64,000 nt of DNA from Botryllus schlosseri (taxonomy: Eukaryota): assembly GCA_051294905.1 (NCBI GenBank), contig CM119371.1, positions 12,588,001 through 12,652,000 of the forward strand, in the 5' to 3' direction. A model generated the notes under the pieces. The model was not told the DNA's origin and did not search any database. It worked only from the letters and a program-made list of their open reading frames with translations. Below, piece by piece: positions 53,344 through 64,000 of the stretch (position 1 is its first letter; each line of letters starts with the position of its first letter). The position numbers and the translations under genes are program-made.

Positions 53344-54279
53344 CAGTGTTGGGATCAAGTCACTACCTTCGAGTCACGAGTCATTTCGAGTCATTGCACA
53401 TTTTGACTCGAGTCAACTCAAGTCAATCAATTTTTAAAGGTGACTCGAGTCAAGTCAAGTCACTCGATTTTTGGAGGTGACTCGAGTCAAGTCGAGTCAA
53501 GTCAAGTTAAGTCACGAGTCAAGTCACATTTCAAGTCAATTTGCCCTTTCGAAGTATGTATGATGCATGATTACGTCATTGCAATTTGCTACCTGTCCGA
53601 AATACAGTTTAAGTGGTCATTGATTCCGAAACGATGAACGAAAATAGAGCTAAATATACACGCAAGAAGGCGCTGTATCGCTCACATATACGCAGAACTG
53701 TTAAACTACGTAATTGCATAGCCTCAACCTCAGTTTATAGTTACCAGCCAAAATATAGAAACGAATTGATAAGATACAATACATTACCCATTTCCAAATA
53801 GATATGATACCATTCGAGCCTGCGCCAATGATTGAGGACTATATAAACTATATTTTACTTCAATTTCAATAAAACAAGAGGTTTGGTAAAGGTAAGAACA
53901 GAGAACAGAAATATACATTTTGCTGTTCTATTACTATACTTCTAGAGTTACGACAACGTAAGCTGTAAGCTTCGTGTGCGGTCAATTTATTTGTGAGAAA
54001 ACAGTCGAGGCTCAATGAAACGCACGGTCATTAAATGATTGGTCGCTCTCACGGGTTACGCAAGCGTTTCGTGAACAATCTGAACATATGTAAGATACAG
54101 TGGTTTTTATCGACAACAATTACTTGATGACTTGAAATTGTCTCATGAATTTTGCTCCGAGTCACGAGTCAATCCACATTTCTGATACGCCGAGTCAAGT
54201 CAAGTCAAGTCATTTTAGCAAAGTGACTCGAGTCAAGTCAAGTCGTGCGAAAAAGGTGACTCGAGTCATCCCAACACTG
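53344..54279 (+). mobile_element. hAT-type MITE, CAGTGTTGGGAT family, uninterrupted
   Basis: Perfect TIRs and TSD GTAAATAG. Confidence 0.95.
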
Positions 54280-54789
54280 GTAAATAGCGAAGATGCATAC
54301 TATGCCAGCAATGTTTTCGGCATACAACGGCTAAAGATTGACAATACATACGTGCCGTTATTATTCTGTCTACTAAGCAATAGACATTTTTGTTGCCGAT
54401 TCTTTCCAAATTAATATGTAAGTAACTTGAACGACGCTTTTGGGAGAAGTCACAGCGCTTTGGGGTATGTTTATTAAGACGAAATAAAAGCAGATTACGC
54501 ATGTTACCTAATAAAATATCAAATCCGGATTGTCACGCACGAGCATGACAACTCCCAGAGACTACATTCACGCGAGCAGCCTACATTGTAGCAATGTATC
54601 TGTGCAACCATCTGTTTATTTACTAGGATTGATGGCTATTAGACTGCCTTCTTGAACCCGCTTGTTCAAGTTAATATCAGTCTGGAAGGATCATTTCTAG
54701 TTTCCGCCATTTTAATCGTCCCATTGGAAAAGAGAAGTATTGTAAAGTGTTTTTTGTCTCAGTGCGAATGATATTGATGTTCTAGCATC

Positions 54790-55420
54790 TGGTTTTCAGA
54801 GCCAGCCACGGGCGAGCGAAACTGGTGTCGGTTAAAAGCCGAGGTTAAAGGCGGGCTCGGGACGGACGTCATCCGGCATCAAGCTCATGCCAACTGATGA
54901 TGTGGATGAGTTAGCAAGTGAGCATTGATCGGCTTTGGTAAGCTCAAACACAGGAGGAACATATGAACTTTCTCTCATCATCCTACTGTGCACAGACTCT
55001 AAATCAATAATGTTAGTTTAAGATAGTTGACATTGGTTCGTCTATTCTAGTATTAAATAGTTATCGATTGGAATATTCATATTTTACAGTGCGCTCGAGT
55101 ATTGTAATTATCAGAATTTGTAAGGAGACAGTTCTATATCGGAAGTTTTCGCTTCTTTAGTTCCTAATGTCTTCCGTTGCATATCAGTGACATTTCCGTC
55201 GGCGTACTGGAGATAACGAGACGCAGATATAGCTGATGTTTGGAAACTCTACCCAGAAACGCGGATATGGCTGATGCGTGGAAACTCTACCCAGAGACGC
55301 GGATATCTGGAGGCCTCAAGATCTGTGAAATGGCTCTGCGTCTTACTGAACATATTGCCATTGCACAAGCACTTCCTAGGTTTCACTAACGTGAATTACA
55401 CATAGAAATACCATGCTCCA
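54790..55420 (-). pseudogene. Relic coding segment X, second copy
   Basis: Colinear with 32200-32820 with a codon-like substitution pattern. Confidence 0.55.
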
Positions 55421-55423
55421 GAT

Positions 55424-56368
55424 CAGGGGTTCTCAAACTATTTTAGACACACACCCCTTATCGTGACTTCATTAAGTATTTCAAAGAGAAACGAGGGTGT
55501 TTGCAATACTATCGCATAGTTTCAAGGCATGAGAGGTTACCACTGTTGAGCAACAATTATGATATGAAAATGTATCGCGCAGGGCGCGAAAAAAGTTTTA
55601 CTCGAGTATTTCGTCACGAATAATCATGTGCAATGGTAGCACGTAACCATATGAATATTTTAGCGATTTGTGTGTCTAATCTCTTCTATTCCTTGACTCG
55701 TGTTGTGTTCAAATGTAGGCAATCGCGCACGCCACGCGCCATCAAAACTTGGCACTTTTTAACTGAACAAACAATCTTTCTTTTCGAGTAGCAGGTGTTT
55801 GACAAGAGAATCCTTTAATTCATAAATTTTGGGATGCCATAAAATGACATACTACCAAACAAGTCCCGATTTAGTAGACTCGTAGGGGCTGCTTCGACGT
55901 TATAAGCCATCCGATTTCAACCTCTGTTTTTTAGATTCAAAAGGTATTCATAACATATGTCATGACATCACCTTATAAGCAAAATATTAATTTCCATAAC
56001 TTTGAGTCTTTTCACGCCATCTGCACAGATGTTGACAGACAGACCATAAAAGCATCAACTAATACCTACTACACGCATTAACCAGCTAATCCGAATACAG
56101 ATATATCTTCTGATCGGTCACAAGTCCGGTTACGGTCACAATCTAGCATCGGTTTATGGATAGTATGACATTACTATGACATTTAAAATGGCAATATAAT
56201 TAGGATTGTTGCCGTTATGGAAAATTTTATCTTTCAGTGCAATAAAACTCATTACGAGTTCATAAACTTTAGCTTTCTCAGGCTACTTCGCCCTTCTATT
56301 CAGATGCTTTCACGCCAGCCACGGGAGCGCCCCACCCCCCCCCCCCGCACCCAGTTTGATAACCCCTA
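55424..56368. mobile_element. hAT MITE
   Basis: CAGGGGTTCTCAAAC ... GTTTGATAACCCCT; degenerate TCTAGA-type TSD. Confidence 0.7.
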
Positions 56369-56369
56369 T

Positions 56370-57750
56370 TCTAGAGATATCCAGGTTTGTGCGTTACAAG
56401 CTGCCTCTTCACGTTAGACACAAATATCTGTGTATGAATTATCGCTGTTACCTACTCAAACAAAATGCAGATCAACATTCCGCGCTTGGGTTATTGCAAG
56501 ATTCACGGCACGAGATATACGGGCTAATTAGACCTAACTTTGTCACGTATAACATTTACTCCAACGTCCCGTTGTTTCGGAAAATTTCAGTGGAGAAAAC
56601 CCTCTTCCACTATCAAGCTCCGTGGCTGGCTCGCCCACCAATCGTCAATACGCAACTGCTACGTTCACACCCAAAGAATGTTAGTCAAGATGTCATAAAA
56701 GCATGTTTCCACGACTGTATGTTTGAATGCCACGATGGAGCTATCGAGTTATATACAGATGGGTCCAAGACTTCACTAGCAACCGCTTACGCTTTCTATA
56801 TCCCCTCTCGCTCGATATCGGTTAGTAAAACTTGTCATGTTTATCATTCCGTGTTTCATGTTGAACTTTTAGCGATCCTTCATGCATTGTCCTGGGTTTC
56901 CGATAATGGATGCAAAGAAGACAAATATGTGATTCTCTCAGATTCGCTTAGTGTGTTGAACACGATATCCAACCCTCTGCCTGCGCCGACAGATACCTTT
57001 AACAAGTTTTTCCCCTTGCTTGAGCGGGTTACTGGAAGAGGTATACAGGTAGAATTTGGATGGATTCCCAGCCACAAAGGTGTCCATGGCAACGAGATCG
57101 CCGACCGCGAAGCAACATCCGCGGCTTTGTCTGGCCCCAATCGACAGGTCCCCGAGGTGACCATCGGAGAAGCTAAGTCACTTGTCCGACAATATTCGCG
57201 AACTCTCTGGCAGGAACTGTACGCATGTGAAGATAAAGGGATGCATTATAAGCGTTTCCACAGTTGCATTTCAACCCAATTCCCGTCAATGCATGCATGT
57301 TGGCAATTCGAGGTCATCATGTTCCGTCTGCGCTCCGGCCATTTTAGGCTTAACGCCCATTCGTTCAAAATAGGATGATCAGATACTCCGCTATGTCTCC
57401 ATTGTAATATCGCCGAAACCGTCGACCATTTTCTACTGAATTGTGCAAGATATGATTTTCAACGGTCCTTTCTCATTGAGTCCTGCCGTAATCATGACAT
57501 CCCATTCACGACGTATAACCTCTTGGTCCAGCCCGAGCTATTAACCCCTGTGGCTGAATCCGTGCCATCATGTCGTAGAATCCTTTAAGATTTGATTCGT
57601 ATATAGACGAGGTTGAATAACATTGCAAGGGTACTTATACCAGGAGGTAATTTCAGACCGTGGTGCACCAGAACCTTAAGGGAGATAAGCGCCACTACAA
57701 CTTTTACCCATATTAACCATATTAGGAAATTAATTATTAATTCATTAATT
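56370..57750 (+). mobile_element. 5'-truncated I-group LINE: RNase H, CCHC finger and 3' UTR
   Basis: LYTDGSK, VELLAI, LSDSLS, WIPSHKGVHGNEIADREA RNase H motifs; RLRSGH; after a TGA at 57376 the frame continues CLHCNIAETVDHFLLNC to the stop at 57588; 3' hairpin 57658-57696. Confidence 0.93.
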
Positions 57751-57789
57751 ACTTTAAATTAACCCAACTTTTGAACTGACGCATCACTG

Positions 57790-60112
57790 CTGTGGATGCC
57801 TGCGAAACGATCTGGATATATCGCACCTTGACGAACCCGCCGTGGGACCAAGCGGATGACCCTAGAGGACTCGTCAACTCCGACCACACAGGAACACCAA
57901 AGAGAAGATATTTCTCAACATGGCGCCTGTGCAACACCGAACTGTGGCTCACAAAACAGCTCTCTCTGCTGCAAAAGAAAAAAGAAGAGACACAGATGAA
58001 GCAAAGAAGAGTATAAAGAAATAATGAGATGTGACTTCTTAGCCAAATTTGAAAACTCGGCAGGAGTAACCGAAGGAACTTTTCAAAAATGGAAAGAGAG
58101 AACGAACAACTCTCCAACCATCACTGCCAATACCTTGGCAACAATGAGACGTTGTGTAATAAAAAATAAAAAATTATCTGAACAAGAACTCGCAGAAATC
58201 GAGGGAGAAATGTGTAACAAAAACATAGAAAACTCTGAGGCAATGGAACTGCAATTCGGCCAAGATGACATGAACCCACGACAATCACTTGATGACCCGA
58301 ACATCGCAGAAGTAGAATTACAAAATACCACCGGGCACCCGAATGAATCAACAACACCTAACGATGGCGACATAGACACGGAATTAGAATTGGAGATCAA
58401 AAATCAAATCATCGACCGAATGAAATCCACATTGAATGTAAATGACAGAGTGCAGTTACCTGACTTACAAATTACAAAGAAACTGAAAACTGACATTGCA
58501 GTAGCGAACAAAATTTTGACAGAAACCATACTACCTGCAAATCTAAATGACAAACAAGGAGAAAGACCACAATGTCCCTTGACAACAATGAACAACCTCA
58601 TTTACAGCACTGCGGCAGTTATCTCAGAAAGGCACTGCAAAATACCAAGAACTGTCAACAAAAAAAGGGGAAGGCATACGCCAGCTTGGCAACGCAGAAT
58701 TGAAAACAAAATCGCAAAACTAAGGTGTGACGTTGCAACTCTCAGAACTAAAAAAGGAAATGTTTCCCGCAAAGTAAAAAATTAAGTAAAAAGAATAGAA
58801 CTGGAGCACCAAACCAAACTGCAGTCAACAGAAAAAGTGACAATGTTGCAAGAAGAATTAAGAATGAGAATATGCGCCAAAGCACAACGATTGAAACGAT
58901 ATAAAAAACGAGAAACACAATATCCCCAAAATTTGTTATTTGCTCGCAAACCTGGACAATTTTTTCGAATGATGGAACAAAAGTCAAATCAAAAGATTCC
59001 CAGCAGCAAAATACCAGCCACTGCAGATGTGGAATCATTTTGGAAGAAAATATGGGAAACCAAAAGATTGCACAACTCAAATGCAAATTGGATACAAGAC
59101 CTCCACACTGACCATCTTCAAGCACAGAACAACAATGGTCAGAAATCACAAAACAAGAAATCAAGGAGGCCTTAAAAAGTTCACTGAACTGGAAAGCAGC
59201 TGGTCCTGACCAGATCAAAAACTTTTGGCGAAAAAAACTAACTGCAACACATAATTACCTAGGGGTGACCTACAATGAGCTTTTATCCTCAACCAGCTCG
59301 CACGAGATCCCAGCCTGGTTCACACAAGGGACCACCTATCTTATTCCAAAAAATGAAAACACCCGGGACCCCAAGAACTACAGGCCAATAACGTGCCTGA
59401 CAACCATGTACAAAACACTGACCAAAATCCTGGCAAAACGAAGCTACAAACACCTAGAAAATCTTCTACCTCCTGAGCAGAAAGGATGCAAGGAAGGCGC
59501 CCTTGGCTGTAAGGACCACCTGCTCCTTGACAAAACCATTCTTGAAAACTGCAAGAGGAGACACACTAACCTCAGCATGGCATGGATAGATTACAAAAAA
59601 GGTTTCGATTCAGACCCCCACACGTGGATGCTGAGAACAATGCGTATGTACAAAATGAATCCGATCATCATCAGATTTATTGAAAATTCAATGAAAAATT
59701 GGCATACAAAACTGTTGATCAAACATGACCAAGGTGAAACAGAAACCTGTACAATTCAGATATGCAATGGTATCTTGCAAGGCGACTCATTCTCACCACT
59801 TCTATTCTGCCTCAGCTTAGCTCCACTCAGTGAGTTGCTGAGAAAAAATTAAACAGGATACCTTGATGAAAAAAGCAGCAAATTCTGAAGATCAAAAGAT
59901 TCATCACCTTTTGTTCATGGATGATCTGAAACTGTATGCGAAATCCGATACGGAACTGAATAACCAAATGAAAATTGTTCATGAGTTTTCGGAAGATATA
60001 AAAATGAAATTTGGCTTGGATAAATGCTCAAAACTTACACTCTAAATCGAAAGCATTGATTTAGACACAAAATTGTGCATTCAAAGATGCAATATGGGAC
60101 AAACACATAAAG
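57790..60112 (+). mobile_element. Degenerate R4/Dong-like non-LTR retrotransposon (RT), 3'-truncated
   Basis: TPAWQRRIENKIAKLR, WKAAGPD, NYRPITCL, EQKGC, WIDYKKGFDS, GILQGDSFSPLLF, LLFMDDLKLYA across frameshifted ORFs; no C-terminal endonuclease seen. Confidence 0.9.
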
Positions 60113-61249
60113 TTGACCCAAATCTTTCGCCGAAGTGGTGTCATAATATGTGCAAGTCCACACTTCATCAGATAAAGTTACGAAATATGTGCTTCTGCTC
60201 TCATCTTATCATCTGTCGCCGGCTTTGATCACTATGAAAGAGTTTACGTATACATTTTAATAGTCCGGTAAGTCGCCGCACGAGTTGTGAGATCAGTAAG
60301 ATTGAGAGGGATTGTGAGGTCGACGCTGGAAACGCTGCTGAAATGTAATCGTAATTTCACTGGTAAATGACCAGATCATCCAGGGTAAGGTGCGGTACAC
60401 TCGTGTGCCGATCATGACGTCATCGGTAAACCCAATGACCCTGGGCTCCGTTTGCTGGGTTATTTGCAGGGGAGGAATTAAGCTGCAAGATATAGATTCT
60501 CAAATGATGCAGCATTTCTATAATAGATGTTGAACGGTAATAACGATTCTCGTGTAAGTAATGCGTGCTTTTAGCCCCGTTTACATATAGCTCAGAAGCA
60601 ATGTTACCTCTAATTTTGACGAGTCTGCAGCAAGCGCTCACCTATTCACTGCGCGGTCCCTTGGACAACAATGCGTAACCACTAAAAAAAGGTTATCTCT
60701 TCGGATTTTTTGTGCGCAACTTATAATTTATGTGAGCAGAGACCGTGTCAGCTCAAATCAATCGCACACATGCGTACCTAAAAGGGCACATTGCTCAGGA
60801 GCCATGAAGTGGACTGCTGTTTCATCAATGTCGCTCCATTATTTTAGTGTGTCGCTTTCTTGCATTTACTAGGTTTTGTGAACGTTTCTTTTCTCATTTT
60901 ATTTACCTACCAAACTGGCAGAAGAAATTGATCATTTCAACCCAATTATATATATCATTGTTACAACCACATGATTGTCTGACTTGACTATGACTTCCAT
61001 TTAATTGCGTTTCCCCATTAATGATGATTGATATATCAGCAGTATAGCAATGAAGAAATCAATCAATCAATCAATCATTGTCATCACCATGTAATTTTGA
61101 AGTACGTTGTTTAGTAACCGTTAGTGTTACCTAGCTATTATCAGTGCATTCTGCTTTTGACTGATGACTGAATAAACATCTCTATATTTCTCTATTGCTA
61201 TCCCTCTCTCTCTCTCTCTCTCTCATTCACGCTTCACATCTCTCGGTAA

Positions 61250-61424
61250 CGGCGGGAAGTCAGTCACGGTCAAAGGGTCAAATTTAAATGGAGCGACAGG
61301 TCGCAGTACAGTGACTTTGTGGACGTGGATGAACGTGCCGCTAATCTCATCATAGCGGAAGGAATAAAGAAGATGTTGATTGCGTACGGCATTACGAGAG
61401 AACACATTGCTTTAATAATTGAAG
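61250..61424 (+). CDS. Putative exon of spliced gene (5' boundary uncertain)
   Basis: Open frame ...FVDVDERAANLIIAEGIKKMLIAYGITREHIALIIE then G|GTAATT donor, phase 1. Confidence 0.55.
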
Positions 61425-61861
61425 GTAATTCGTTCAAGAATATCAACATGCGATATGTTATGATTACCGGTATGTTGTCAAGAGGGTTCTTACAGCAAAC
61501 AGCAGTGTGAGAAATATTGGTAGATTGCCTTTTAGATCAACTTGCAGTAGCATCGAAACTGAGTTTCAGAATGTCAGTTAATCCTCTAACTTGATGCAAT
61601 ATGGGTTTACAACTAGAATTCTTGACCACTTTGCAGTTGACTCACTTGTTTTTCCAATTACATGACATTTTCATTGGTTGAAAACATGACATTTCATTCA
61701 TGAACCTATTATAATAATTATTGTTAATATTATCCAGTGAAATAAATCTTATTATATTCATATCAAGTTCCCTCTATATAACACATAGAAGTGTGTGTGC
61801 AATGTGCATGCTTAGCTCACTACATAGCTGCTTTTATAGTAACACTTTGCCTTTGTAATAG

Positions 61862-61962
61862 ATCAGAGCGGGGTTTCAAATCTTCGTTCCGAGGAGTGTC
61901 GAAGCGAAATACTTACTACTCATGACGAAATATTTGGAGTAGAGCTAGAGACAGATGAAGAG
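61862..61962 (+). CDS. Putative exon (DQSGVSNLRSEECRSEILTTHDEIFGVELETDEE)
   Basis: TAATAG acceptor, GTTAGT donor; phase 1 to 0, compatible with both neighbours. Confidence 0.6.
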
Positions 61963-62154
61963 GTTAGTATTATTTAACTATTCTAGAATGAATTTATTAA
62001 TTGGGATAATCCTGTTTATTTTTGTTGCAATTTTATATATTAAATATTGTTGTGTCAGAACTCTTGCCTTCATATCAACCGGAATGCAATAAGTGGAATG
62101 TCCTTCAACCAAATCTTCTACATTATTTATATTTATTATTATATTTATTTGTAG

Positions 62155-62254
62155 GGAAAAGAACCCGCTGCGGTTGTACTCCTGATGGAGTTACGAAATG
62201 CAGTAACTGAAAAGAGAATCACAACAGGATTTGAGGGCGATAACGCTTTATCAG
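62155..62254 (+). CDS. Putative exon (GKEPAAVVLLMELRNAVTEKRITTGFEGDNALS)
   Basis: TTTGTAG acceptor, GTGAGT donor; open in phase 0. Confidence 0.6.
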
Positions 62255-63272
62255 GTGAGTTGTAGGATTTGCTGCTTGCTTAACCTGGTACTGTGTGAAC
62301 AATGAACATAGAAGTACCATAACGTCCTGATTTGTCAGATTTGTACTGATTTCGACTCTTGTCCTGATTTTTCGGCAAACATTGTTCGGCGTCTTCCGTA
62401 ACACCTTGGACGTTTTGCATGCCACTATCTGGCACAAGTTCGAACTTAACAGACCGTCACAAAAGTACAGCTAGTTTGAAAAGTTTATGGCTTAACATGC
62501 GCGCATGTTGAGTTGGTTCTAATTCGGGGGTCTGTTAATTTCCAAGTTGCGCCACAAACATGTGTTCTAATTCAGGGTCTGTTGAGCTCAGATGTGTGCC
62601 GCCAAAATGTGGCACAATTGTTTTTGGGTGCTGAAAATATAGTAGGCCTATGTTTTGATTGACGCTGTTTACGTTATGACGGTGCAATAAACACTCGAAC
62701 TGAAAAAGGTCTCCAAAAATAAATGTTTATTAAATGCTTTTCAATTACATCATTCTTTTTGATAAGGCTAAATCTAAGTTAGAAAGAGCTGGTGCAAATT
62801 CGTTTTTGTCCCAAACCATGGAAAATCATTTCTGCTGCTAATGTAATTTTTGGTTTTCATGACTTCGAGACCATGAGGATGGCTACCATGGATATAGTGC
62901 ATAGAATCAGTGAATGTGAACATAATACTTGTGCCGTTCCAAAAGGAACCTGTGTGATGGTATACTGATCAAATCTGAATGGATCATTAAAGGTTAGTAA
63001 ACTTATGATTATGTGGAAAAAAACCCATACATGTCAACGACTAGACAGCATATCGTGACGACAGAATTTGCTATGACTTGTTTCCATGAGTTAAGCTTGT
63101 TAAACCATATTGACAAAAACCTATATTGACCTATTCAGCTCTATTTTTATTCAATATTCATTATGCAAAAGTCCCATAAAGGCATTTCTACATAATCTAA
63201 ATCTTGTGCTTTCAATTCACACATGGATTATTGGCAATATAATTTTACTTAACATGTTTCTTTCAATTCCAG

Positions 63273-63554
63273 GCCCATTCAGTCGAATTAACGGCCACAA
63301 AGCTGAGTCCTCGACATCTCGTACTAGCGCACCATGAAAATGGTGACCTGCAGTCATGGATCGTGGCGAATGGCTTCCGCATAAAGGGATCGTCTCACAA
63401 TAAAGCGACACCATTTGAGATGGTGCTGGATCTTCTCTATTATGTTTGTGACCCCACATATCCAAAAGTTTTCCAGATACTCTCAATTTTACAGTATGTC
63501 CTGATTGAAGACAAAAATTTGGGTTTCAATCAAACAAGCTTCTCTGTTTTATGA
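63273..63554 (+). CDS. Putative terminal exon, SAMD3-like/EnSpm accessory-protein-like C-terminus
   Basis: TTCCAG acceptor; 93-codon open frame with LLYYVCDPTYPKVFQILSILQ recalling the YYVFNLxYP...LxFLQ motif (recalled similarity, not searched). Confidence 0.5.
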   Translation, partial: AHSVELTATKLSPRHLVLAHHENGDLQSWIVANGFRIKGSSHNKATPFEMVLDLLYYVCDPTYPKVFQILSILQYVLIEDKNLGFNQTSFSVL

Positions 63555-63596
63555 GCAGATTTCAGAAATCCCAGTAATTATTTTGATTTCGTTTGC

Positions 63597-64000
63597 TGAC
63601 TTGGACAACTATACAATTCTAGTACTAGTCTAGTTGTCTAATTAGAGTGAAAAAAATGTGTAGCTAAAGTTCTGATGATGCTCTAATTTTGAAAAAAAAC
63701 TAGCTATAATTATAATTCTACTTTAATTCGTGAAGTGCTTCGTCTCTCTCATTCGAATCTAATTTGTGAAAACAACTGAACCTATAATTCTAATTGTAGC
63801 CTACTCTTATTTGGAAAAAACAGTGTAGCTATAGTTCTAATTCTACTCTATAATTTGAAAAAAACTGTTACTATAATTCTGATCCCACTCTAATTTCGAA
63901 AAAAAAAGCTACAAATCTATTTCTACTCTAATTTGGAAAAAGTTGTGTAGCTATAAATTCTGATGCTACGCTAATTTGTGAAATGTTTCTTTGCTCTCAA
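63597..64000. repeat. Degenerate about 40-bp minisatellite following a GACTTGGACAACTA terminus
   Basis: Units such as CTAATTTGGAAAAAGTTGTGTAGCT are the reverse complement of the 19250 array unit. Confidence 0.75.

Noticed and set aside
57749..59218. Minus-strand ORFs overlapping the RT element
   Set aside because: Antisense shadows of the plus-strand retrotransposon ORF

Overview
This is AT-rich eukaryotic (invertebrate-like) DNA with no operons, rRNA or CRISPR, and most short ORFs in the track are noise. It is dominated by nested transposons: more than 20 hAT-type MITEs or deleted elements (most with 8-bp TSDs), two tRNA-derived SINE families, an RNase H-bearing I-group LINE 3' half (about 56370-57750) and a degenerate R4/Dong-like RT element (about 57790-60110). 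With the insertions removed, an old, decayed, apparently intron-poor protein-coding unit of unknown identity remains. It is present in several diverged copies (about 7.2-19.2 kb matches 35.7-50.5 kb; further pieces at 3.4-6.9, 30.6-32.8, 39.5-41.9 and 54.8-55.4 kb) with codon-like substitution patterns, mostly on the minus strand. A spliced plus-strand gene fragment (61.25-63.55 kb) has a C-terminus resembling SAMD3-like/EnSpm accessory proteins. Both SINE families share 3' hairpins with LINE ends in this window. All alignments were done by eye, and coordinates without a TSD are approximate.
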